Made by a program: the position numbers and the translations under genes. 64,000 nt of DNA from Asterias rubens (lineage: Eukaryota). The stretch is taken from NCBI RefSeq assembly GCF_902459465.1, contig NC_047071.1, positions 12,090,001 to 12,154,000 of the forward strand. Direction: 5' to 3'. A model generated the notes under the pieces. The model searched no databases and was not told where the DNA came from. It saw only the letters and a list, made by a program, of their open reading frames with translations. Below, in pieces: positions 22,072 to 33,430 of this stretch (its first letter is position 1; every line of letters begins with the position of its first letter).

Positions 22072-22540
22072 GTAAGTGGAGGGGAACTTTTTGATAAACC
22101 TCTAGCCATCGCCAAATGTTTTGTTTGACTCTGTTGGATTGACTCTTTCTCACTCTTGATATCCAATGTTCCTGTGGAAAATGCACATTCAGTATGCTAA
22201 GCCCGGGAATATCTCGCTGAAAATGTTTGGATACTTTTTGTACGCACAAAACACAAACTTCCACAGATTTACATTAAACTTACACGCTTAAAAGATATTG
22301 ATGGTGAAAGCTTAACTAAACAAATTCATAAAATAATTATCGCCTCAGTTAGCCACTCTCTTGACAACATTTTCTGTGATTTTCACTTTTTTCTTCTTTA
22401 TCAAACGACTTATTAAACTTGTACTTTCGATATGAGACTTAAAACAGGCGAACAGTCCCTAAGCCAGAAATAAAAGCCTAAGGCAGGGTTTCGAAAAGGG
22501 CTTTAATCTTAGAAATGCGTGTAATTTTTTTTTTTTTCAG

Positions 22541-22642
22541 GTTGTAGAATGGCTGTGTTCAGTGGATCATCTATGCAGTCAAAGATTCCCTGAAGACAAA
22601 GTGGAAATTGCTCTCAGCTTACAGAACAACAACCGAGACAAG
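22541..22642 (+). CDS. UBAP1: UBAP1 exon, SOUBA
   Basis: Poly-T cag acceptor, gtacag donor. Translates VVEWLCSVDHLCSQRFPEDKVEIALSLQNNNRDK. Confidence 0.9.
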
Positions 22643-23282
22643 GTACAGTGTAGCTGCTGTGTAGTCATTTCTGTTAGAGTGTCTTTCTGCATTGGCAAAC
22701 ATAAGTTGTCCAAATCGTCAGTCATCCTTGGTTTCAACTTCTTTTTAACTAATTTATTTTAAATGTCAAATGCATCCACAGTTTGACTATGTCAACCGCA
22801 TGGACAGTTTGGTAACCTTAACCAAGAAAATTATCTTTGTTTTGGGTGTGGTGTATTCTTTTGAGTTATCTGTGTAGTCAGTAATGATGCTGTTTACTCC
22901 AAACATTCATTGTTCATGAAATCTCAATTATCTCATTAGCCCCTTTCCATGGTATTCACAAATATTTCCCATGCCTCTGTGTGGTGTTATTTTTTAGAAC
23001 ATATTGGAGCTTCTGGAGTAATTTCTTTTAGAGTATCATTGTCACAATAACATCCTGACTTGACAAAAAAAGGACAACAAAAATTCTCATAACAAGCTGA
23101 AATTTTGTCTCGTCCCAGAAATTGACACCACAGTTATGTTTATACAAAACTAGGGTTAGTGCTGCACGTAAAATCTTAATACAATGTTAGAAATGTATGC
23201 TCTTCCCATCCCCTCCCCCTCCTCCTTCAATCTGCCACTGGTCTTTATCCTTAAGAAAACTCTTCTTGTCTTTTCTACACAG

Positions 23283-23414
23283 GCGCTAGAATTCCTTCAC
23301 CTTTGGCAACGGTTTGAGGAGCTTGGTTTCAAGTCGGAGGACATCAGACGAGAGCTCATTGTGCACGGCAACAACGAAAATGAGGTTCTCAATGTATTGA
23401 TGGCAAAGAGCTGA
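23283..23414 (+). CDS. UBAP1: UBAP1 terminal coding exon, third UBA
   Basis: ctacacag acceptor. Translates ALEFLHLWQRFEELGFKSEDIRRELIVHGNNENEVLNVLMAKS-stop. Confidence 0.92.
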   Translation, partial: ALEFLHLWQRFEELGFKSEDIRRELIVHGNNENEVLNVLMAKS

Positions 23415-23600
23415 GGCCACACTCAAGCCCTTTTCACACTACTCTATTCCCCGGGGACAGCCTTTGGGAATAATGGCCGGCCCTTTCACACTGGCATCGA
23501 TTTACCCCTGATCTACCCCGGCAAGTTTCCATACCCTGGGGAATAGCCACCCCTGAGTAGGGGTAAGCGGCAAACCCTGGGGTATTCTTGAACCGTGCAA

Positions 23601-24095
23601 CAGACATGCCAACTAGTACGTTTTCCCCGTATTTCGTACGGGTTTTTGTAAAAAAATACAGGTGTGCAGGTTATGCAAAAAAAATAGGGTTTTGAGCATC
23701 GCCACCGCAAAAATACAGTTTTCTCCCCGTTGGCCGCCAGGCCCTTTTTTAACCCAAGTTCAATATTTTTTATTGACGCAAATAAGTTTTCGGCCGAGTA
23801 CTTACGGCCGACAATGATTATCCAGTGAACTCTATTCCTGTTGTATTCCTTATGCAACTTTCACCACACATTGAGTGCAACGGATATTCCCTCGCATCCA
23901 TCATTGCACGCACGCTAGTAGCGCAAACCTGCATTGCATAATAGGATCTACACACCAGTTTATCTGACGCTCCAATTTCATAGGGGGTTGAAACTACGTT
24001 ACGCATGTTTCATCAAAAATACAGGTTTTTGATGCAAAATACAGGTTTTGGGGTTTGGGAATACAGTTTTTAGAACCCAGAGGTTGGCATGTCTG
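23601..24095. mobile_element. ~495-bp non-autonomous DNA element
   Basis: 13-bp TIRs cagacatgccaac / gttggcatgtctg flanked by a GTGCAA direct repeat; internal aaaatacag(g)t repeats. Confidence 0.8.
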
Positions 24096-25874
24096 GTGCA
24101 ACCAAAACTCGGTGCAATAAGGGCCTAGGGGGGAAGGGGGGGGGGAAGGACAGTGGGGAAGTGAGCAGGGTTATTGCAGGGTGACAGACACTCCTGGGGC
24201 CTTGTAAGGGCTGTAGCCCACAAGGATAAGAGATACAGTGTGAAAATGGCTGAAGTTTTTGTTCAAAACATTTTATAGGGCCATTTTTTATCTGGTAACA
24301 ATACTGCTCTAATTATTATGAATATTTGTATTGGACGCATACTGTGTATGTACGTGTACAATCATGCACTTGGCGTACTGTTTTTTACTCTGATCATGTT
24401 GGAAGAAACACATGACTCTTTCAGAATTGAGGATCTCTTTCAAGAAAGGAAGATGTGTGCAAAGTCAAGTGATTAACTGTCATTCAGTTCATTCTGGAGC
24501 ACTCTCTTAATCAGTCCATGTAGAAGATGTGTCCATACGTGCACAACTTTTGTTTAACTTGCAAACAGAAGTCTTGCAAACCTGCTTTCATACACACCTG
24601 GTATGAGATGAAAGCTTTTTAGAGACCACAGCGGCAGCAAACAGCTTGTACTGAAATGCCCATAGCGGCCTCAACATTTGACCTACTTCCGCTGAAGCAA
24701 TAGTGTCAAAGCAAAGGTAAAGGAGAAAAATTGATCTTTTCAAATGTTTCCCATTATAACACAGAATGTACACCAAAAAAAACACCTTGTATTTCTGTTT
24801 CTAAACAATTTTCTGGTATTTGCTTGAAATAACCAAGCCTAAAAATTAAACAGATTAGCAGTGTCAGGGCATTTGTGATGATTATACAGAAATGATTAGT
24901 CTCTAAAGGGTTTAAATGCCTGGACAGTTCGTTGTGTAGCTTGCACAGTCATGCACTATCTGTGCTGTGCGCTTGTTTCCTCATACAAAGAGAGGCAAAG
25001 GGAACTGGAGTTCATGCACGAAATCTTTCTTTTTCCAGTGGTTATCGTGTAATTCCATATCCTAGACCTTTCAAGATACAAAAAAAAGATTATGAGAGAT
25101 CTGTAGGCTGCCACCAATGGTTAACAGTGACAACATGGAAGGATATTAGAAAAACTGCCATCAATTCCCAAGACAGTGTTGCCTTCAAAATATTTTGTAC
25201 TAATCTCTTTTTCTTCTCACAATTTTGAATTGCGATTTCTTACCAATCCTACAGTTGTTATTTCTGTCATTTGTCCTATCTCCCACAAATGTGTTCCCTT
25301 CTTAAAGGGTTTAGCAGCATTTTCAACCGATCAATTACTCACAACAAGCTTTTCACAAATATAGTAACTCACATTTGAAGTTAGTTTTGAACCCTACACA
25401 GTATCATATATTTCGATAACACAACACAGTTATAGTCGATGCTTTGCAAGGCTTGTTGGAACCAATCCGATCATTTTGGGTGGAAACGGAACCCTGGACC
25501 TTCTGCGTTGCCTTGACGACTAGACCAAGGAGGGACACCACCCTAAGTGGTCGATTACTGGAATCCTTTTCTACATTGGTCAAGGGTAACGTCTTATGTT
25601 TTCTCTCAGTGAAGGAACTATCCAGGAAACTTTAACCCATAAATGCCTGACTGGTCACTCTATGGTAAAACAGCCCAACTCAAAAATGTTGGTTTCTTAT
25701 ATAATATAATGTCCGGGCGTTATTTTCCTTTTAAAGTTTCAAAGGCATAGGCCTACTATAAAACATGTCCTGTCTCTCCCTCTTTTTACACTTTTATTTT
25801 GTTTGGTAACAAGAAAGCTTAATCTCTGTACATGGTTTCTCAAAGGGTAACTTTTTGAGTTAGGGAGTTCGGCT

Positions 25875-26085
25875 TAACGCCTGTTTATAGTCGGTCGCGC
25901 GATAGTCGCGCGATGGTCACACGAGGGTCGCACGATGGCGATGGAAATCTTGACGCGCAATCAAAAAAAGGCACAGGCCTCAGCTCAGCAATGAGGCCTC
26001 AGCAATGACTATACATGTAAACTGTGTCGCGCGTCAAAATTTCCATCGCGCGACCTTTTCGCGACCGACTATAAACCGGCCTTTA
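25875..26085. mobile_element. Harbinger-like MITE
   Basis: taacgcctgtttatagtcggtcgcg / cgcgaccgactataaaccggccttta; TWA flanks. Confidence 0.75.
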
Positions 26086-26432
26086 GGCTGTTTTGCCACA
26101 GTAGGCAGATATGGGTTAGGTTTAGGTATTTCTCGTCTTCAATAAGTTTTAATATAGAGGTCACTGTATGATTTTTATCATCTGTATGATAGCTTTTGTA
26201 TATTAATTTCTGTATATCACGACACATTGCATAATAATTGTATTTATATTCAAGTTAAAAATATTGTCATTTATGATAATCCTCTTTTCGAAAGTTTTAC
26301 GGTGGGGCGGGGGGGGGGGGGGGGGGGTGGGGGGTTAGTCATTCATGATTGGCGATTTTTCCCGATAACCAATAATTGGGACTTTTAACGTTTTTGCAAC
26401 AGAATTTAAATCCGCCACATGTACAACTATTT

Positions 26433-26473
26433 AGCCTTCGAGAAAGACTGTGGTAGAGTCGAAACGTCAGGCC
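26433..26473 (+). ncRNA. Minimal hammerhead-ribozyme-like motif of the Penelope pLTR type
   Basis: gcct-tcgaga-aa-gac[tgtggtaga]gtc-gaaa-cgtc-aggc: stem I, stem II, GAAA and a GUC site are present, but the CUGANGA core is non-canonical. Confidence 0.45.
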
Positions 26474-28643
26474 ATTAACTAGTTAAGTTTGAACTTTAAG
26501 CAGTAGTATGGCTGGGTCTCCCAGCTCAATTACAAACAAACAAACAAACACACCTGAAAGTTTGCATACCTTGGTTTAAACAAAAATTGCAAACAGTTGT
26601 TGTTTGCAGTGATGTGGTCATGGGTGAAGGCTACAAACATGTATTACACACCCTCAGGAGGGAAAAAACAACGCCTTAGCTGTTTAATGTTTGTGGTGTG
26701 GTCGTTTGTGTTCACAAGTTGTAAAGTTTTCTCATGTTCCTGATTTTGTTGATTTTGGTCCCTAATGAATGCTTATTTTTATCAAGAATATCATTAAAAG
26801 TAGTCCATTTAACGCAAGTAGTCCATTTAACTTCATAAACAATATGTTCTTAGAGACCTTTTCTATTACAATGTCACAGCCCAAGTTTTTGCCAAACGAG
26901 GTTGGGGAAACTGTGGAAAGCCATAAATGCAAAACTACGACCGCTAGCTACAGTTTGTAACAATGCTACACCAAATATTTATTTTTATTTAATTGACAGT
27001 TGGCAGAAAATGTTTCATTTGTTCAGTTGTGTTAATACAACTGTCGGTTTTTTTTTGACATTCGTCTATTCATGCCAACCTGTGCGGAAAATTATAAAAC
27101 CTGGCATACTACAATGTAAATTACTGCATGTAGTCAATCGTTGTAGCCTGATTTGTTTTATCTACACTCAGTTTCCAAAGTTGCACTGCGACATATTTTT
27201 AAAAATAGGACTTGTGCATTATTGTCTATAGACCTTTCTTTTGCAACATCAAACCTGCAAATTTTGCCAACCATGGTGGGCAACAGTATGTGCGTATTCG
27301 TAGCAAGGGGCAGGTGGTGAGTGGGTTTTTTTTCTTTAAGGAAACCTTTGTGCCAATCCAGTTATCAATTTTGTGCAACTCTAGGCTGCCTATGGTCAAG
27401 GTTGGTAAACAAAGAAAAGGTCTATAATTGTCATAGTTTGAGGGAATTTGGTGTCCAAAATCATCCCTTGTTTACTAAGCGCTTTTTGGTGTAACATTTC
27501 GGTTTTTGCATGCAAATCAATTAAGTACTTCGGAAAGAAAGTAACCGGTGTGAAGTTTCATTTTGGTCTTATGAGCAATATGGATAGCGCAAAGAAATTA
27601 ATTTGCAGAGACTATAAACAACCGAAGTGCTGCATATACCAAGAATCAAATGTCCCTTTTTTGCATGGAACATCACATTTCCCCTTTCTATTTTCGGTTG
27701 CAACTCCTAAATTATAAGCACTAAAGCCTGGTCATTACTTTGTTGCGAATGGAAATGTCATGTGAATTTTTGTCTTCACAAATTTGCAACAAACAATTCG
27801 AAACAGGTTGAGTTGTTCTGAACTCTTGCGAAACATTTGCTGCGAAAACACAGCTGTGATGTCAAATTCGCTTGACTCAAAGCATTCGCTTAAGTTGGTT
27901 GCACCACCATGATTAAAAATTTTGTTCTTGTATTTGCATTGTATAAACATAATATGATTTTAACGGCAACTTTCATTTACTTTGACTTTATGATGTATAA
28001 ATATGGCTCAGCTGGTTGGAGATATTGATATAATATAATTTATTGTAAATAAAATGTTTAAATTTCAGCTGCTTAGTGCAAAGAAGTATAAAGTCTGAAG
28101 TGTGCCAGATCATCATTATTATTAATTTTGTTATTTTGTTGTGACCCCCCAAAAAAAAACAAAAAGGGCAAAAAATAAACACATTTAAAGACATATAAAT
28201 ATGACCTAGCTGGGTTTTTTTAAGGGCCCAATTTCATAAATGCTGTAAGCACAAAAATTTGCTAAGCACAGAAAAGTATCGCTTAGCAGAAACAGTTTTA
28301 CTAGCCAGAATTACTCAAGTTTTGCTTAGCGAAGAAATTAGTGGTATTTTCTGCTAAAAGGCAGGGTGTACTTTTGGTAATTGTCAAAGACTTGTATCCT
28401 CACTTGGTGTATCCCAACATATTTTTATAGGCTATGCATCAAATTAAAAAAACTGAAAAAGTTGGGCTAAAAAAAGGCAATAGAAGATCCAAGAAAAAAA
28501 TAAAAGAAGAAATCGCCTTGTTGCATAGAATTGTATGCTTTGAGATGCCTAAGGAAGGCTTCTTGCCTATGAACTCAAACTTCAAATGTTTGTGTTAGCA
28601 TAAGTTCCTTCTCTAAAATGTTCTCCAAGCAAGTTTAAAGACA

Positions 28644-28829
28644 CTGGGGTGGATTTCACAAAGGTAGTCCTAACTTAGGACTAGTCCTAGGCAATGCTAA
28701 GAGATAGGACCAGTCCTAAGTTAGGATGAGTTACTGGTCCTAATGGTCCTAACTTAGGACCAGTCCTATCTCTTAGCATTGCCTAGGACTAGTCCTAAGT
28801 TAGGACTACCTTTGTGAAATCCACCCCAG
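28644..28829. mobile_element. 186-bp near-perfect palindromic MITE inserted into the TIR of a TTAA MITE (~28635-29170)
   Basis: 83-bp arms with 2 mismatches and a 20-bp spacer. The host ttaaagaca...gtaattgtcaaagacc continues on both sides. Confidence 0.85.
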
Positions 28830-29529
28830 GATGCTGTTAGTAATTGTCAAAGACCAATCTTCCCACTTGGTGTATCTAAACATATGCATAAAATAACAAA
28901 CCCGTGAAAATTTGAACTCAATTGGTCGTCGAAGTTGCGAGATATGAATGTAATAAAAAAAAAACATTGTCACACACCTTTGTGTGCTTTATAAGATGGT
29001 TGATTTTGAGACTTCAAATTCCAAATTCTAAATCTGAGGAATTACTTCTTTCTCAATAATTACGTTACTTCAGAGGGAGCCATTTCTCACAATGTTTTAT
29101 ACTATCAATATAGCTCTCGAATACTCATTACCAAGTAAGTTTTCATGCTAAAAAAACTTATTTGAGTAATCATGAAAGGTAATTTACAGCTTCTATGTCC
29201 ATTGGGCAGTGGTCTGAAATAATAGAGCAAGAGCCATACTATTGTCCTCCAATAATTCACAACTTTCTGACAAACCCCCGAAGTGGAGTTTGGGACCTTT
29301 TAAACAAACAATAGAAACAATTAAAGAATTGTTTAAGTAAATAGAAGGCGCCAGTGCATTATTCATCTCATAAATAATTTTCCAAGGATGAAAACGGGTG
29401 ATGGGTGAGTACAATGTGTTCATGTATCACCAATTTTACCCTGGGACACATGTACTCTGCCCCCCCACCCTTAATCCGCCCACACTTGTTTCATTGACTT
29501 ATTTTATTGTTTTACACGCGGAGGCTGGT

Positions 29530-29655
29530 CATCTCGCCACCTAGTAAGCTCGCCATCAAAGTCGCCCCCTGCAAAGTCGCCCCTAACCGGCTCGCCCCGG
29601 GTCGTTACAAAGTCGCCCCCTGACAATGTCGCCCCCTGACAATGTCGCCCCCAGA
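29530..29655. repeat. gtcgccccc short tandem motif cluster (probable transposon subterminal repeats)
   Basis: About 7 copies of (g/c)tcgcc(c)cc. Confidence 0.55.
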
Positions 29656-29909
29656 AAATAATTTAGGCTACAATACTTTATGGTAAACAAATATAATTAA
29701 AAGATTTTCAGAAAAATTCCGTATGAAGTAATGTGCAGACAACCAGACAACCAGACAACAGTTTGTTTACAACACGGCATCGAAATGTCTAGTTTGGAAC
29801 TTTTGAAACCCTAATAAAACATTTAGCTATAATATATTATCCAAGGAAAGTGAACAAATCTAAATAAAAAGACTACTATGTGATCAATATTTATTTTTCC
29901 GAAATACGG

Positions 29910-30094
29910 CGATGCCATTGGATAAAAAACCTAAACATTTTGACGTCACAAAAGTGGTGACATCCCGCCACCACACCGCGCCGCGAGCTAGGATTTAGCA
30001 GTGCGCATGCGCGAGTTGAGCAGCGCCATTACAACTAAGAGGATAGGATATGACTCGGTGGCGTAGTTCTTAATTTCACCAAGAACAGGTAAAT
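29910..30094 (+). promoter_or_regulatory. CpG-rich promoter-like region with candidate first-exon donor
   Basis: ATTGG (reverse CCAAT) ~29917, TGACGTCA 29941-29948, TGCGCATGCGC 30002-30012, gcgccatt ~30025, donor cag/gtaaat at 30089. Confidence 0.55.
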
Positions 30095-30377
30095 CTTTTT
30101 TGTTTTAATTTCTTCCAGTCGAAATGCATTTCCGTAAAACCGCTGGTAATTCGTGCATGGTAATCTTTGGTTTTTAGCACTTAAAATACATGTACAAAAT
30201 CCGGTCAATTTCCTTCTGACCGTGCCCAAAACACACTGTCATGAATGCGTGTTCTGTTCACTGTGTGCCACTCACTGTGGTGGTGCCCCCGTAGTTTACA
30301 GGACCTACCTGACCGCATGGTATTCAGTAAAGAGCCAAGACAAAGAGTAAGTGGGAGCTAAGTAATACGAGGAAAAG

Positions 30378-30495
30378 TTTCCGTATGGCGCCACCACTTT
30401 TTCATTCGATACGAAATAATATAGTATCTAATTTACCTCAATGATATATCCCTTTTTGTAAAAATGAGTGAAAAAGTGGTGGCGCCATACGGAAA
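30378..30495. mobile_element. Small MITE
   Basis: TIRs tttccgtatggcgccaccactttttca / tgaaaaagtggtggcgccatacggaaa. Confidence 0.8.
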
Positions 30496-31517
30496 GTTAT
30501 CCCATGTTCCTGCTAGTGCTTGTCTTCAAGACCAAACTGAACGGTGTCACTTCAGCAGTGAAATATCCATCCCCCACACAAAATGCTTAAACATGCACAG
30601 CATGCGTATCTTTTTGAGTTTATGTCTGCACCTGCTAGTTTGCACCTCAACCAATGTGCGAGTATACTCCAGAGGAGGTTTCTGCTTGATGATGATCTGA
30701 ATAAATAATTAGTACCGCTTCTTCTTTGGCCCTATGTCTATCTACTCCATGCCAGGAGGTGAAATCGTTTTTCGAATTGAAACATCGTTTTTATGTGGAT
30801 ATCCATCCTTTCCCCCATTTGTGTCACCTACCGTAGCGGGCACATTGGCCCGAAGAGCACATTCACTCGAATGTGCCGTTAGTCTTGGTGTATCTCTAGC
30901 AAAAACATCATCTGCCCTATGGTTTTAATCTGCCATCTCACATCTGGCGTTTATTAAGTCTCGTCTATAAATCTCGCATTAGGTTTTGCCTACACGAATT
31001 GGGTTTTTCCATTTTTTTTTTACGTGCATGTCGTTCACGCACAGAATGGTTAAGTCCAACTCTGTCGCTGCTCAGCGGGTCATCAATTATTCGGATTGGG
31101 ATTATTCCACTCATAGAGGGCGTTCTGAGTGGTGATCCGTCTCTGTGGCGTGGAGCCAATAATAGGGGGTTTCGTGATAGTTGAGTATTGCACCAATACT
31201 AGATTACGCACATTATCGGTATCGCTCAACATGCCTAGTCTGTTTAAAAAAATTTACTTGTCTTACAGTTAGAGATCGTGCGTACCATACAGCCGTCAAA
31301 GTGTCTGACGGGTCAAGTTGATATGACGCGTGGAATCGTTAAGTACGAATTGTTTGAACTCCCATTCTTACTCGTGACCATGTGCATCGTTAAACTTCAT
31401 TATAACATCTGTTATTGTGGTTGATATATTGGGCCTACTGGCTCTCTTGTTCATTATAGAAAATGATGTGAATCACATCTAGCCCTTTTAATGGAAGTTC
31501 TTATACTTTATTCGCAG

Positions 31518-31601
31518 ATGTGGTTGAAGATGCATTCAAGATGTTTTAAGACTCAAGGTCGGATCTGCACATCAAGCTTGCAAGAAGAAGATTGGAATCA
31601 G
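31518..31601 (+). other. Candidate 84-nt internal exon of an unidentified transcript
   Basis: tatactttattcgcag acceptor and cag/gtcagt donor. One open frame, MWLKMHSRCFKTQGRICTSSLQEEDWNQ, with no recognisable homology. Confidence 0.3.
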
Positions 31602-32309
31602 GTCAGTACAGATCACATCCAGAAATGGATCCAATTGTAACAATAAAACATTAATTCTGTAAATCGATCTATACTCTTTAGTAAACAATCACAGTGCTAA
31701 CTGTTGCTTCAGTAAATTCCAGTAAGGATTTATGTAAAATTACAAATTCCTATGTTATGACAATCTTGGTTAAAATTTTGTAAATGGTTCTGCAGAACTC
31801 ATGCAGCATCAACTTGTAAGTCCACTCAAGATGAATGGCCTATTTTTATTGTTTATGTATATCCACATTATGTTTTTCGAATGGACCATGCAATACTACA
31901 TATAAAATAGTATCAACAAATCATTGAGGTCTTTAGAAATCTACACTTATTATTGATATTTCCAAATCATTTAATTTACTTCATACAATGGCTTTTGTGT
32001 AAATTGATTTAGTCAGAGAATAAATTGTAGAAAAAATTGTAGAATCATTTAACTACAAAAGTACTTGCCTTCAGCTTGTACATCCCATTTATACACTTTC
32101 TTATGTGCTGCTCAGAACTATAAGATCGCTAAAGGCTTTTTTATATTTCTAATGACCTCCAAATCATTAGGTGAAAAATGCATACAAATTTGAAAAAAGT
32201 AGATAAAAATCAACAAATTAAAATTTTACTTTAAAATGATAGTTTCTATTTGCCAAACAATTTTGAAGAACACTATTGATCAATAAACACCATGTACTAG
32301 AAGCTCAAC

Positions 32310-32700
32310 ATTACTGGCTTAAATTGGTGATGTGGTTCTGTTTAAGGCCAAGTTGTGGGTGGAGAATCTTGGTGAGATGTTGGCCTTGTTGTAGGTTGTT
32401 GAAACCCTGGGCGCCACGATGGGACAGAAGGGAATATCGGGATTGTGAACTTGCGTTGACCGAAGAAACAAGGGCAGGTGGATGCAGAGGTCTTTTGATG
32501 GCAGTACCTGGGTGAGCTGATGGCCTTAGACTGATGGAGAGATCGGAGCTTGTTGCTGATCTTGCATTCAATGGCCAAGATGTGTTTTTTTGGTAGGCGT
32601 CTGTAAGTGTCAGTCGACAGAATTGTAGTCACCTTGTGGTCATACTTTAGTGGTAGATATGTCCACAGTGTTGTGTCGGCTGGCATGAAGTGGATGGATT
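32310..32700 (-). mobile_element. Penelope-like element RT remnant (minus arm)
   Basis: Frameshifted PAD...Y..K...LSTDTYRRLP...KISNKL...CPCFFGQRK...IP; the inverted counterpart of 32859-33300. Confidence 0.8.
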
Positions 32701-32858
32701 GGTCTTTAGGTAGGGCTTAGATGGCAGCTTTTGAGTGGTCTTGGTAGGTTAGTGTTCTTGAGGATTAGCAGGATCTAGATATGGACTTGAGTTAGGTTTA
32801 GGGTAGAGTTATGGTTAGGGTTTGTGGTCGAGTCCACATCTGACTTATACCCTCAAGG

Positions 32859-33430
32859 AGACTGCGGTTCTGTCGACCAACACTTACATACATTTACCAA
32901 GAAACTCCATTCTGGCCATCGAACACAAGATCAGCAACAAGCTCCGACCTCTCCATCAGTCTAAGGCCATCAGCTCACCCAGGTACTGCCATCGAAAGAC
33001 TTCTGCATCCCCCTGCCCTCGTTTCTTCGGTCAAACCAAGATTCACAATCCCGATATTCCCCTCCGTCCCATCGTGGCGCCCAAGGTTTCAACAATCTAC
33101 AACAAGGCCAGACATCTCACAAAGATTCTCCACCCACTACTTGGCCTCAAACAGTACCACATCACCAATTTAAGCCAGTTCGTCAACATCATAAATGACA
33201 TTCACCTTGGTCAAACCAACATTCTTGAGAGTTTTGACAAAGTCTCTCTCTTCACCAACATATCTAAGAAAGAAAAATGTCTCATCGTCAAATAATGCCT
33301 ACAAGTTAATCCCTCCATGACAGACCCCACAAGCCTCACTATTCAACAAGTCATCTATTTTCTCATTACCTGCATATTTTCATCAAGCTTCTGATTGAGG
33401 GACTAGTTCTATGTTATACAAGTTTCTAGT
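32859..33430 (+). mobile_element. Penelope-like element RT remnant (plus arm)
   Basis: ORF 32822-33295 contains PRFFGQTKIHNPDIPLRPIVAPK...YNKARHLTKILHPL...ILESFDKVSLFTNI, matching PLE RT motifs PKIHK..IPLRPIV and SFDV.SLFTNIP. Decayed continuation towards the GQFY.Q motif. Confidence 0.88.

Noticed and set aside
24500-25700. Possible exons of a further gene downstream of UBAP1
   Set aside because: Only isolated splice-like motifs, frames interrupted by stops and no recognisable homology on either strand.
30965-31159. Minus-strand ORF with NHSVRERHARKKK resembling a bHLH basic region
   Set aside because: No amphipathic helix-loop-helix follows, the lysine run comes from a poly-T tract and there is no splice support.
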